This document shows positions 47,244 to 56,180 of a stretch of DNA of 64,000 nt, in pieces (the first letter of the stretch is position 1; the number at the start of each line of letters is the position of its first letter). Location of the stretch: NCBI GenBank assembly GCA_026417615.1, contig JAOACY010000032.1, positions 638 through 64,637 on the forward strand, given 5' to 3'. The position numbers were made by a program, and so were the translations under genes. This stretch comes from Clostridia bacterium. Lineage in GTDB: Bacteria; Bacillota; Clostridia; Acetivibrionales; JAFADI01. Below the pieces are notes generated by a model. It was not told the origin of the DNA and made no database searches. It saw only the letters and a program-made list of their open reading frames with translations.

Positions 47244-48884
47244 CTATGTGTTTTGATATATTTCCAGGAGTTTTTCCAGTTCGTCCCTGTTATCCATATA
47301 GCCCCTGTATCTTTCCGGGAGAAGATCATAATCATCACATTCCTTGATTGCCAGAGCCGTCATGAACTGGACCTGGCGAGTACTGGGCCTGCATCTGGAA
47401 ATAGCGTCCCTTAGTATATCACCGGTTATGGTATTGCCTTCACAGTTATCCTCATTGGCAAGTTCATACGCTTTTCTTACAACTGCTTCAAGCTCTGCTC
47501 CGGTGTAATTCTCAGCTGCTTCGGCAAAAGGCGCAAAGTCTTTTATGTCTGTCTCAAAGCCGTATTTCCTGATAATTACTTTGAAAATACCGGCCCTCTC
47601 GTCCTTATCTGGCAAAAGTATAGGTATTTTCTTATCAAACCGCCCCGCCCTTTTCAAAGCTGAGTCTAAAAGGTCAGGCCTGTTTGTGGCTGCTATAAAA
47701 ATAACCTTCCCCCTATTATTTGTATTACTTGTGAACTGTAAAAATTCACTGAAAATATTCCTGCTGACACCACTGTCTCCACTTTCTCCCCTTCTGAAGG
47801 CCGTGTCAATCTCATCCACAAATACAATCACCGGCTGCTGGGATCGAGCTCCTAAAAGGCATTTCTTAAAATTCTTCTCGCTTTCTCCCACATATTGCCC
47901 CAGTATCCTGGACATGTCTATTTTTACGCAGTTGAAGCCGCTTGCTTTCGCCAGGGCATTAACAAGCAGGGTTTTTCCTGTGCCAGAAGGCCCGCAAAGC
48001 AGAATGCCCATTGGCACTCGTCTCAGATCACCTTTTTTTATCGGTTCAACTATGTTTTTCAGCAGGTATTTTTTCGCCCTTTCCATACCGCCTATATCTT
48101 CAAAACCTATTTCCGGGTAAATGAATTCCAGAACATCTCCATATTCCTTAGCAAGGACGGAATGCTTCTTTTCCTTTATAAATTCAAAGCTGATGGGAAC
48201 ACCCTCTGCCTCAGCCTTCAGCTTAATATCCTTTATCGCCTTCTTGCTTAAGCCTGAAGACAGCTTCGCAAATTCGTCAGGGGTAATATCTGATCTTACG
48301 CTGTTGTCTTTCAGCAAATACTCAATATATTCCTTTCGAGCATTTTCGCCGGGCAGCTCGACAAGCACAGGCTCAACCCTGTATGCGGATTTAAGTATTT
48401 CCCTGCTTATATCGGCGATATTATCCGCCAGCATGAAAATAGCGCTGCCCACCGAGGAAATTTTCGGATTCACAGACCACTCGCTTGTCCAGATAAGAGC
48501 CATTCTCTCTTCCAAAGACATGCTCCCCACATCCACCGAGGGGAGAATCTTTTCAAAATGGTCAATAAACAATGCCATCTTAGTGCTTTTTAGAGCTATG
48601 TCTATATAAGGAAATATTTTTGACGGAAGTGCTCGAAGGAGGCTTGCAGCCTCGTTGGAGGTTATCTTGTTGAACTCCTTTTCCATGCCTGCATCCATGA
48701 AGGTAAGTCCTCTGGAAATGTCATAATAAGCCACAATGGCAAATTGCCGCTGCTTTATGAATTCCTCAAAAAGGAACCTGTCAATGAATCTGTTATTGTC
48801 CACAAGATCCCTTACATTAAAATAAAGTAAAAATTCATGTGAAATACCTGATTTGTATTTGCTTAAGAACTCTTCATACCACAT
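47244..48884 (-). CDS. two-lobed AAA+ ATPase (P-loop-less N-terminal lobe, classic-clade AAA C-terminal lobe)
   Basis: 546 aa with Walker A GPSGTGKT, Walker B VIVFVDEID and SRH ATNRPDLLDSALKRAGRFD. The first ~270 aa have no P-loop. Confidence 0.85.
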   Translation of the reverse strand: MWYEEFLSKYKSGISHEFLLYFNVRDLVDNNRFIDRFLFEEFIKQRQFAIVAYYDISRGLTFMDAGMEKEFNKITSNEAASLLRALPSKIFPYIDIALKSTKMALFIDHFEKILPSVDVGSMSLEERMALIWTSEWSVNPKISSVGSAIFMLADNIADISREILKSAYRVEPVLVELPGENARKEYIEYLLKDNSVRSDITPDEFAKLSSGLSKKAIKDIKLKAEAEGVPISFEFIKEKKHSVLAKEYGDVLEFIYPEIGFEDIGGMERAKKYLLKNIVEPIKKGDLRRVPMGILLCGPSGTGKTLLVNALAKASGFNCVKIDMSRILGQYVGESEKNFKKCLLGARSQQPVIVFVDEIDTAFRRGESGDSGVSRNIFSEFLQFTSNTNNRGKVIFIAATNRPDLLDSALKRAGRFDKKIPILLPDKDERAGIFKVIIRKYGFETDIKDFAPFAEAAENYTGAELEAVVRKAYELANEDNCEGNTITGDILRDAISRCRPSTRQVQFMTALAIKECDDYDLLPERYRGYMDNRDELEKLLEIYQNT

Positions 48885-49002
48885 CGCAATTTTATCCCGT
48901 AACTTGCCGGCACCCTTTCCCTTCTTATTGTCATATATGTGTTACGATAATTTTATAGGAAAGTCTAATAAAAAGCAATAAATATGAAAAGCATTAATCT
49001 CA

Positions 49003-49464
49003 TTATACTTCAAGCCCTATATTAATCTGGATTCTTCCGAAAGGCGTCTCCATGTCAACGGCTACCGTCTGAACCGAGCTGATAATGAGCATAATGTCCC
49101 TTCCAATTATTATTGACGGCGGAGTAAGATCGGTTGCGACACCGGCTTGCGACAGAATTGCCGAGGCCCTCCCCCCCATCATATTGGCCATCTCCCCCAG
49201 AGCGCTTCTGGCTATTGAATCCAGGGTTTCAACAGGCATTCCCATCATCATGGCTGAAGCAATTTTTTTGCCCGTTTCCTCTGTCATGCAATAGGCTATA
49301 TTACCTCTTACATCGCCCACTATGCCTATTATCGATGTAATGTCCATATCCGCCAGCATGGTTTCCTTCTTCTGAAGCCCGCCTTTTTTTATATCTGATG
49401 CGCCAAAAGTCTCCAAAACATTTTTAAGTGCCTCAAGAAACGGATTTATATATTTTATGTCCAT
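49003..49464 (-). CDS. cheX: CheX-type CheY-P phosphatase
   Basis: 153 aa with one complete [D/S]-x3-E-x2-N-x22-P motif (SALGEMAN...TPP). Confidence 0.82.
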   Translation of the reverse strand: MDIKYINPFLEALKNVLETFGASDIKKGGLQKKETMLADMDITSIIGIVGDVRGNIAYCMTEETGKKIASAMMMGMPVETLDSIARSALGEMANMMGGRASAILSQAGVATDLTPPSIIIGRDIMLIISSVQTVAVDMETPFGRIQINIGLEV

Positions 49465-49467
49465 AAC

Positions 49468-49941
49468 TCAAAGCCCCCTTTCAAAAGCTGCATTCAGCCT
49501 GAGCTTTCCGTATTCCGAAGTACAGTACATAGAGTACGAATTCAGCTTTGGAATGCATATGGCGGCGCCCTTCCCGGCAAAAACCACAGGAGGGGCTAGT
49601 CTTAAGCTTAAAGAATGCATGTTGTTTAAAGCAGTTATTGCGTCACCTGCAACAATATTGTTCAGTTCAGATATTGCCGCCAGAACCATATATTCCTTTT
49701 CCGAGCTGAATTCCTGCCCCACGATGTTTTTTGCTATTTCCAGAGCCAGGCTCTGCTCAATGTCGAGAAGCAGCCTGCCCTTAATCTTTCCTGAAAAGGA
49801 AATTATGGAGGATACTCCGTAGGATTCTATATCCTCAGTTTCTGGATGAAATACTTCAGTAGTCCTCAATTCTATCCCCGACATTTGCCTGAGAACACCC
49901 GCAATGCTTTTTTTAAATGGATCATAAAGCTGTGCTTGCAT
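49468..49941 (-). CDS. CheX/CheC-family protein (motif lacks the leading D/S)
   Basis: 157 aa. ISELNN...LAP keeps E-x2-N-x22-P, but the residue at -4 from Glu is Ala. Confidence 0.72.
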   Translation of the reverse strand: MQAQLYDPFKKSIAGVLRQMSGIELRTTEVFHPETEDIESYGVSSIISFSGKIKGRLLLDIEQSLALEIAKNIVGQEFSSEKEYMVLAAISELNNIVAGDAITALNNMHSLSLRLAPPVVFAGKGAAICIPKLNSYSMYCTSEYGKLRLNAAFERGL

Positions 49942-49953
49942 AATCTCCCCCCA

Positions 49954-50313
49954 CTAAACCAGTTTTGCTATTGCGCTGATAATCTTATAGTCATCAAAGG
50001 GTTTTTTGAGGAATATATCAATTCCCAAATCCTTTGCTTGAGACATGATTTCCTCGTCTCCCATGGCACTTAGCATAATAATTCTGGCTTGTGGCCTTAA
50101 GGTCTTTATGCTCTTGGCTGCTTCCAAGCCATCCATTATCGGCATGGTAATATCCATGAAAACAAGGTCGGGATTTAGCTGTCCAAAAAGCTCCACACCC
50201 TCCCTGCCGTTTTTTGCATCTCCGCAAACCTCATATCCGTTATTCTCCAGCGTCTTTCTCAGCAGGTTGTGAATAATCGGCGAATCATCTACAATAAGAA
50301 TTCTCTTAATCAT
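49954..50313 (-). CDS. cheY: single-domain response regulator CheY
   Basis: 119-aa REC with ILIVDDS, phospho-acceptor context LVFMDITMP and a conserved Lys (FLKKP). Confidence 0.9.
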   Translation of the reverse strand: MIKRILIVDDSPIIHNLLRKTLENNGYEVCGDAKNGREGVELFGQLNPDLVFMDITMPIMDGLEAAKSIKTLRPQARIIMLSAMGDEEIMSQAKDLGIDIFLKKPFDDYKIISAIAKLV

Positions 50314-50414
50314 AATTATCTATCCTTTCTATTTATATGGTAATTTTTGCGGCAAAACCTTCTCTTTATTTCCTTGTTTGAAAAGCAACTTCCCCTGTGT
50401 TCGGCTTGAAAATC

Positions 50415-50912
50415 TTACATGCAGGCAAGCTCCAAGGTTAGTATGCCCTCTCCAATACGGAATGATTTTTCAAGCTTTTGAATCCTGTTCTTATACAGTA
50501 TGACATAGTTGTCACCCGTTACTATAAAGGGCGAAGTAAGCTGAAAATATTCGTCGGAATCTGCCAGCGCAGCTTTAGCTCTTCCGCAGACCATATTTAC
50601 CAATTCTGCGGTTCCGTCATACAAGTCTTCTTCGTTTGCCTCACTGACAATTATTCCGGTCATATATGACACAATCAACGCAGCGGTGTCTGAATCCATT
50701 CTTATTGAAGCCATTGAGCTCCTCTTGCCCGCCAGCGTCATTGCACCTGTTATATACTTTCCGCCACGGTCGCTGAAATTATTTTCCCCTTGTATTTCCA
50801 CCGGTTCAAGACCAGCCATTGTGCTTAACACATCATAAACAGCCGTTGAAAAAGCTCTTCCAATAAATTCATTTCTATCTAAAAAAGCTCTTTCTTCCAT
50901 TGAATCATTCAC
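50415..50912 (-). CDS. cheX: CheX-type CheY-P phosphatase
   Basis: 165 aa with one complete motif DGTAELVN-x22-P. It overlaps the upstream cheY by 8 nt. Confidence 0.8.
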   Translation of the reverse strand: MNDSMEERAFLDRNEFIGRAFSTAVYDVLSTMAGLEPVEIQGENNFSDRGGKYITGAMTLAGKRSSMASIRMDSDTAALIVSYMTGIIVSEANEEDLYDGTAELVNMVCGRAKAALADSDEYFQLTSPFIVTGDNYVILYKNRIQKLEKSFRIGEGILTLELACM

Positions 50913-51279
50913 CCCTTCCCAGACATTGAAGGATTCGTTTGATCAGCTCTTCAATAGTAAAAGGTTTTGTCATGTAGTGTATCGCTCCGGCCTTGATAGC
51001 CTTGATTATATTCTCCTTCTCGCTTTCTGTGGTAACCATCATAACGGGTATTCCTGCATAATCCCGATGTGCCTTTATTGCTTTTAAAAATTCAAGCCCG
51101 TCCATTCCCGGCATGTTCCAATCGAGCAGCACCAATCCAACATTTTTCCACTCTTTTTCGAGAACATCAAGGGCTTCCTGCCCGTCACCGGCTTCAAGAA
51201 GCCCGAACTCCAAAACCTCGGCGGCACCCCTGACGATTTTTCTGATTACAGCGGAATCATCCACTGATAATATTTTCAT
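50905..51279 (-). CDS. cheY: single-domain response regulator CheY
   Basis: 124-aa REC with ILSVDDS, LVLLDWNMPGMDG and YMTKPF. Confidence 0.9.
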   Translation of the reverse strand: MKILSVDDSAVIRKIVRGAAEVLEFGLLEAGDGQEALDVLEKEWKNVGLVLLDWNMPGMDGLEFLKAIKAHRDYAGIPVMMVTTESEKENIIKAIKAGAIHYMTKPFTIEELIKRILQCLGRGE

Positions 51280-51286
51280 TTATCCC

Positions 51287-52147
51287 TCACCCCTTAACCC
51301 TGTAGTAAACACCATTATTGTATTGCTCCAAGATAAAGTAATCCCTGTAGTCGGGAAACAACTCAGAGCTTCCGATAATTAATTTCCCGTCCGGATTCAG
51401 CGCACCCGCTATTTTCACCATTACCTCCCTTTTGAGCTGCTCCGAGAAGTAAATTATTACATTCCTGCATAAAATCAAATCAAATTTACCCATCAGCACA
51501 AAACTGTTCTGAAGGTTGAATTGCTGAAAATGCACTGAGCTTTTAATTCTTTCATCCAGACACCATACCCGGCCTTCATTTTTAAAATACCTGTCCCGGT
51601 AGCCATTTTCCATTCCCCTCATTATTGAAATGCTGTCATATCTTCCCATTCTGGCTACCTGAAGAACAGTTTTGGATATGTCAGTCGCAAGTATTCTGAA
51701 ATTTGAAAGGTTAATATCGGCAATACCCTTCCTTGCAAGGTGATTATCTATGCACATTGCTATCGAGTATGGCTCCTGACCTGTTGAGCATGCCGCGCTC
51801 CAAATCCTTATAGAGGTTTTCAAGCCCTCTCTAAGCTCTTTAATATATTGCGGCATAAGTACATTGTCAATTATCTCAAAGGGTGTTTTATCCCTGAACC
51901 AGAGGGTTTCATTGGTAGTCAAGGCATCAATCACCTGTTCCGTGATGCCTTGATCGCCCCCGACGGCTATCTTTTGGTAGAGCTCCTCAAAGCTGCTTAA
52001 GTTTGAGTCCACCAGCAGCTTTGAAAGCCTGCTTTCAATCAGGTATGCTTTTTCTTCGCCTATGGCAATGCCGCACTTTTCCTGTATAAATTTCTGAATC
52101 AGTTTAAATTCTTTTGACGTCAAGCTTGGAGCCATATATTCCTCCAC
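51287..52147 (-). CDS. cheR: chemotaxis protein methyltransferase CheR
   Basis: 286 aa with a CheR N-domain, TNETLWFRD, and a SAM-binding region IWSAACSTGQEPYS. Confidence 0.93.
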   Translation of the reverse strand: MEEYMAPSLTSKEFKLIQKFIQEKCGIAIGEEKAYLIESRLSKLLVDSNLSSFEELYQKIAVGGDQGITEQVIDALTTNETLWFRDKTPFEIIDNVLMPQYIKELREGLKTSIRIWSAACSTGQEPYSIAMCIDNHLARKGIADINLSNFRILATDISKTVLQVARMGRYDSISIMRGMENGYRDRYFKNEGRVWCLDERIKSSVHFQQFNLQNSFVLMGKFDLILCRNVIIYFSEQLKREVMVKIAGALNPDGKLIIGSSELFPDYRDYFILEQYNNGVYYRVKG

Positions 52148-53242
52148 TTACACAAGCTGCAGTATTCTAGCGCCCATATCCTTCAAATCCACCGCTTCAT
52201 CTGACAGCCCAGCCTCCGCAACACACCTGGGCATACCATAGACAACACAGGATGCCTCCGTCTGTGTCAGGCAAATGCAATTGCATCTGCGCTTTAGCTC
52301 TGCAACACCCTGTGCGCCATCATTACCCATGCCTGTTAAAATAACCGCCAGTATATTTTTGCCCTCGTAGGCTTTTGCAACTGATGTAAACAGCACATCA
52401 GCCGCAGGCCTTACCCCGTTGACGAATGGCTGACTGTTAAGAGCTATTACTTTTTCATTTCCCCTGCTTACCACTTCCATGTGAAAACCACCTGGTGCAA
52501 TAATAATTTGATTATTGCTGACAAAATCCTCATTTTTGCCTTCAACTGCTTTTATCTGATATTTCCTGTCCAGGGTCTCAGCCAGAATCCTTGTAAATTC
52601 AGGCGGCATATGCTGCACAACCAGAACCGGTTTTTTAAAGCTTGCCGGAAATGCTCCGAAAACAGTCTCCAAGGCCGCCGGCCCTCCCGTAGAGGATGCG
52701 ACGAGTACCAGGTCAGCCCCCGCCCATTTATTTATGATTGGCTTAACAGGAGAGCTTGTAATTGCATGTAATTTAACATCCTTTGAGCTCTGCAGCATAC
52801 TATCAGCATAAGCTTGGACAGGAGATGCGCTGAACCTTTTAATCTTAATCTGGGCGAAAAGGACTTGGAGCTGATTTCTTATTCTGTCCATATTTTTATC
52901 GTATGACGCTTCCGAAGGTTTTAAAATAAAGTCCATCGCCCCCAGCTTCAAAGCTTCAAGCGTTACAGCCGCATTATCCGAACCGCCGCTGCTTATCATT
53001 ATTACAACAATATCAGGATATTCTCTTTTTATAACCTTTAATGCTTCGATTCCATCCACCTCAGGCATGAAGACATCCAAAAGAACAACATCCACCCCGC
53101 CCTGCTTCAGCCATTCAAGAGCTATCGCTCCATTTGAAGCACTCCTTGCGACAACCCCAAGGCCCGTGCCCTCCACAGCCTCTGCCAGGATTTTTCTGTA
53201 AACTATGGTATCATCCGCTATTAGCACCTTAAGCTTGTCCAA
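52148..53242 (-). CDS. cheB: protein-glutamate methylesterase CheB (REC + esterase)
   Basis: 364 aa with an N-terminal REC (VLIADD...VVLLDVFMPEVDG) and an esterase domain (ASSTGGP, QHMP, GMGNDG). Confidence 0.93.
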   Translation of the reverse strand: MDKLKVLIADDTIVYRKILAEAVEGTGLGVVARSASNGAIALEWLKQGGVDVVLLDVFMPEVDGIEALKVIKREYPDIVVIMISSGGSDNAAVTLEALKLGAMDFILKPSEASYDKNMDRIRNQLQVLFAQIKIKRFSASPVQAYADSMLQSSKDVKLHAITSSPVKPIINKWAGADLVLVASSTGGPAALETVFGAFPASFKKPVLVVQHMPPEFTRILAETLDRKYQIKAVEGKNEDFVSNNQIIIAPGGFHMEVVSRGNEKVIALNSQPFVNGVRPAADVLFTSVAKAYEGKNILAVILTGMGNDGAQGVAELKRRCNCICLTQTEASCVVYGMPRCVAEAGLSDEAVDLKDMGARILQLV

Positions 53243-53372
53243 AGAGTCTCTACCTCCGCTAACATAATAAATTGAGCTTTTTCCTGCGCACGATTATTCT
53301 GCAAAAACAGCTTTTCTTTAAAACAAATTGCAAACCACTCACAGTTCCCGAAAATGCGTTTTTGCCGTGGAA

Positions 53373-55727
53373 TCATATTTTAAATTGCCTTACCAACTCT
53401 TCAAGCTTGCGGGCAATATCCGAAAGACCCTTGGCCGAGTTGCTGGTTTCTACGGCACCCGCTGCGGTATCGCCTGCCGCGCTGCTTATCTCCTGGATGT
53501 TTTGAGCTATCTCATTTGCTCCCTTTGAAACCTCGACAGAAGTCATGGCAACCTCACGCACCCTTGCAGTTGCAGTTTCGGTGCTCTTTGCCACTTCATT
53601 GGAGGCAGACGACAGCTCGGTGGCTGACCGCGCTATTTCCCTCACGCCTTTTGCAGACTCCGCTATGCTCTTCGAGACATCTTTTGCATTCGCGGCCACT
53701 TCTCCGATTTCCCTGGAAATTAAGTTTACTTTTTCGGCAGCCCTTACAATTGCATTGGATATATCCCCAGTTGTGGCAGACTGTTCGGTAACAGCCGCAG
53801 CTATTGTGTTGGTTATTGATGTCATCTCCTTTATAACCTCCGTTATAGTCTCAACTGCCTTTACCGCCCCCGACATATTCCCCTGCATAGCCTCTATCTG
53901 CTGTCCTATTTCCTCTGTTGCTTCGGCGGTCTGCTTAGCCAGCTCTTTTACTTCATTTGCCACCACGGCAAAGCCCTTGCCGGCTTCTCCGGCTCCCGCA
54001 GCTTCTATGGCTGCATTTAAAGCAAGCATATTTGTCTGGTCTGCTATATCATTAATTACATTTATTATCTTTCCAATCTGCCTTGAGGATTGGTTGAGCC
54101 TTTCTATTATAGTGTTTGTATCCTTTGCCTTTGCATCTGCATCCGAAGTAATATGAATCGACCGTTCACAGTTTTTGTTGATTTCATTAAGCGAGATGTT
54201 GATTTCCTTGACAGCTGTTGCAACACTATTTACAGAGCTTGAAACCTCCCTGGCCGAATCCGACACATTGGATATGCTTCCGGTAATCTGGCTTACCAGC
54301 TCCGTAGCCTGTGTTACGCCGGCAGACGTCTGTTCCGAGGCAGAAGCCAGATTTCTTATCGTCCCCGACATCTCCTCAACAGCTGAAGCAATAATGCTCA
54401 TGCTGCTGCTTGTGTCGTTCATGGCCGCGGCTGTCTGGTTCATGCTTGCGGATATCTCCTCAACGGCCGCGCTGACCACCGTGGTCTTTGCGCTGGTTTC
54501 CTCGCTGGTTGCAGCCATGGATTCCGCTACATTCAACAAGCCTTCCGACGATTTGTTCACAAGCATTGTTGAATCGTAGATATTTTTAATCATTGCACCG
54601 ATTTTTTCGAACAATGAGTTGAAGGAAGCCGTCAATTCACCGATCTCATCGTGCGACAGCACTTCGCCCCTGATGCTCAAATCCCCCTTCTCCGCCTGAG
54701 ACATCAGAACCTTGAGCCTTACTATTGGATCAGATATTTTTTTGGAAAAAATCAATCCGAACAGGACAATTAGAACTATTGCCACAACACATACTATAAG
54801 CATTATTATTCCTATCATATTGCTCGAGCGGAATGCTTCACTCGAGTCAATTTCAGTTATCAAGCCTGCATAAAGGTCTCCCAGCTTTAAAACGCTGTAT
54901 TTCCCAATTACCTTTTCCCCTCTGTAATCCAAAAACTCCCCGGCAAATTCATATTCGGCATTTTTTTGAGTTATTGGCTCAGAAAGCCTTTTTACCGCAC
55001 TTCCAGAAACTTTGCTCTTAAAAGGTTCAAAATTGCCGAATTTCGGTTTGCTCATGCATATCCCATCGGACCCAACCAGGTATGCATCCGCCGACTCTCC
55101 TACCGCATCCATTCCTTCGACCACCTTGCTGGTTACGTCCTCAGTCTTCAAGACTATAGAAAATACGCCTATAACTTCACCACTCTCCCCGTTTGCATAT
55201 ACCGGGGCTGCGAAGGCGGTAATATAGTCTTTAACAAATTCTGAATAGAAAAATGGGGAATTGTTCACCTGCCCCTGTTTTGCCAGCTTGAAATAATCCC
55301 TGCCGCTGAGATCCTTTCCTATAAGCCCCTTGTCATTTGAAAATATCACCTTGCCGTCAATATCCAGCATATTGACCAGTTCGCTGCGGTAACCCTTTTT
55401 AACCGAATTGATGAAGGTTTCAAGCGCGGGCTCCCTTTGTTTCCACTCAGGCGCGTTCATATCCTTGTTTACTGACATGTAAATATTCATCGCCTGGTAA
55501 ACATCCCTGGTGGATGCAAGCACCTTACAGTCCGTTGCATTCCTTTCAAAAATATTCATAATATAACCTTTTTTCTGTTCTTCAAAAACGTCCAGCTTCT
55601 TTACAGTTTCGGATTTCAACGCATTGGCCGCCATTATGTAAGAAAAACCGCTAATGGCTATAAATGGAACAAGACTTGATATGAGCAGTACTGAAATTAT
55701 TTTTTTGTTTAGCTTCATATTTTTCAT
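53373..55727 (-). CDS. methyl-accepting chemotaxis protein (TM - double-Cache-like sensor - TM - HAMP - very long signalling domain)
   Basis: 784 aa with the hairpin-tip consensus [32 protein letters not shown], a HAMP after TM2, and a ~280-aa periplasmic domain between the two TMs. Confidence 0.92.
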   Translation of the reverse strand: MKNMKLNKKIISVLLISSLVPFIAISGFSYIMAANALKSETVKKLDVFEEQKKGYIMNIFERNATDCKVLASTRDVYQAMNIYMSVNKDMNAPEWKQREPALETFINSVKKGYRSELVNMLDIDGKVIFSNDKGLIGKDLSGRDYFKLAKQGQVNNSPFFYSEFVKDYITAFAAPVYANGESGEVIGVFSIVLKTEDVTSKVVEGMDAVGESADAYLVGSDGICMSKPKFGNFEPFKSKVSGSAVKRLSEPITQKNAEYEFAGEFLDYRGEKVIGKYSVLKLGDLYAGLITEIDSSEAFRSSNMIGIIMLIVCVVAIVLIVLFGLIFSKKISDPIVRLKVLMSQAEKGDLSIRGEVLSHDEIGELTASFNSLFEKIGAMIKNIYDSTMLVNKSSEGLLNVAESMAATSEETSAKTTVVSAAVEEISASMNQTAAAMNDTSSSMSIIASAVEEMSGTIRNLASASEQTSAGVTQATELVSQITGSISNVSDSAREVSSSVNSVATAVKEINISLNEINKNCERSIHITSDADAKAKDTNTIIERLNQSSRQIGKIINVINDIADQTNMLALNAAIEAAGAGEAGKGFAVVANEVKELAKQTAEATEEIGQQIEAMQGNMSGAVKAVETITEVIKEMTSITNTIAAAVTEQSATTGDISNAIVRAAEKVNLISREIGEVAANAKDVSKSIAESAKGVREIARSATELSSASNEVAKSTETATARVREVAMTSVEVSKGANEIAQNIQEISSAAGDTAAGAVETSNSAKGLSDIARKLEELVRQFKI

Positions 55728-55748
55728 TATTTTCCTACCTCCCCATAA

Positions 55749-56180
55749 TTATTGTTCAAAAACTTTTAAAGGATCTATTATTATCAAAAGCTCATCTTCA
55801 AGCTTTACAACACACTCAATGAATTCCCCCTCCATTCCTCCCACATTTGCTGGGGGCGGCTCACACTGCTCATCCTCTATGTCAACAACATCCCCCGGTG
55901 CGTCTATGGGAAAGCCAACCTGGTCTGATGCATCCCCCTGAAGGTTCTTCAGGAAAATGCAGGCTGACTTCTGCTCCCATTTTTTGCCGTCCTTTCCTAT
56001 CATTTTCATCAGATTCAATAATGTTACAACCTGCCCCCTCATGTTAAAAAGACCTACGATATACTCCGGCGCGTCGGGTACAGGTGTAAATTCCACGCTG
56101 CGGCTTATTTCCTTCACCAGCGTTATGTCAATGCCCAAAAGCCCTCCTTCCAGCCGGAAGGTTAGCACCTTTCCCGTCAT
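55749..56180 (-). CDS. cheW: coupling protein CheW
   Basis: 143 aa, a single CheW-like domain. It overlaps the cheA stop by 4 nt. Confidence 0.9.
   Translation of the reverse strand: MTGKVLTFRLEGGLLGIDITLVKEISRSVEFTPVPDAPEYIVGLFNMRGQVVTLLNLMKMIGKDGKKWEQKSACIFLKNLQGDASDQVGFPIDAPGDVVDIEDEQCEPPPANVGGMEGEFIECVVKLEDELLIIIDPLKVFEQ

Noticed and set aside
53545-54156. 203-aa plus-strand ORF, and other antisense ORFs within 53.3-55.7 kb
   Set aside because: They are antisense shadows of the Ala/Ser/Thr/Glu-rich heptad repeats of the MCP signalling domain. The repetitive codon composition keeps the opposite frames open.
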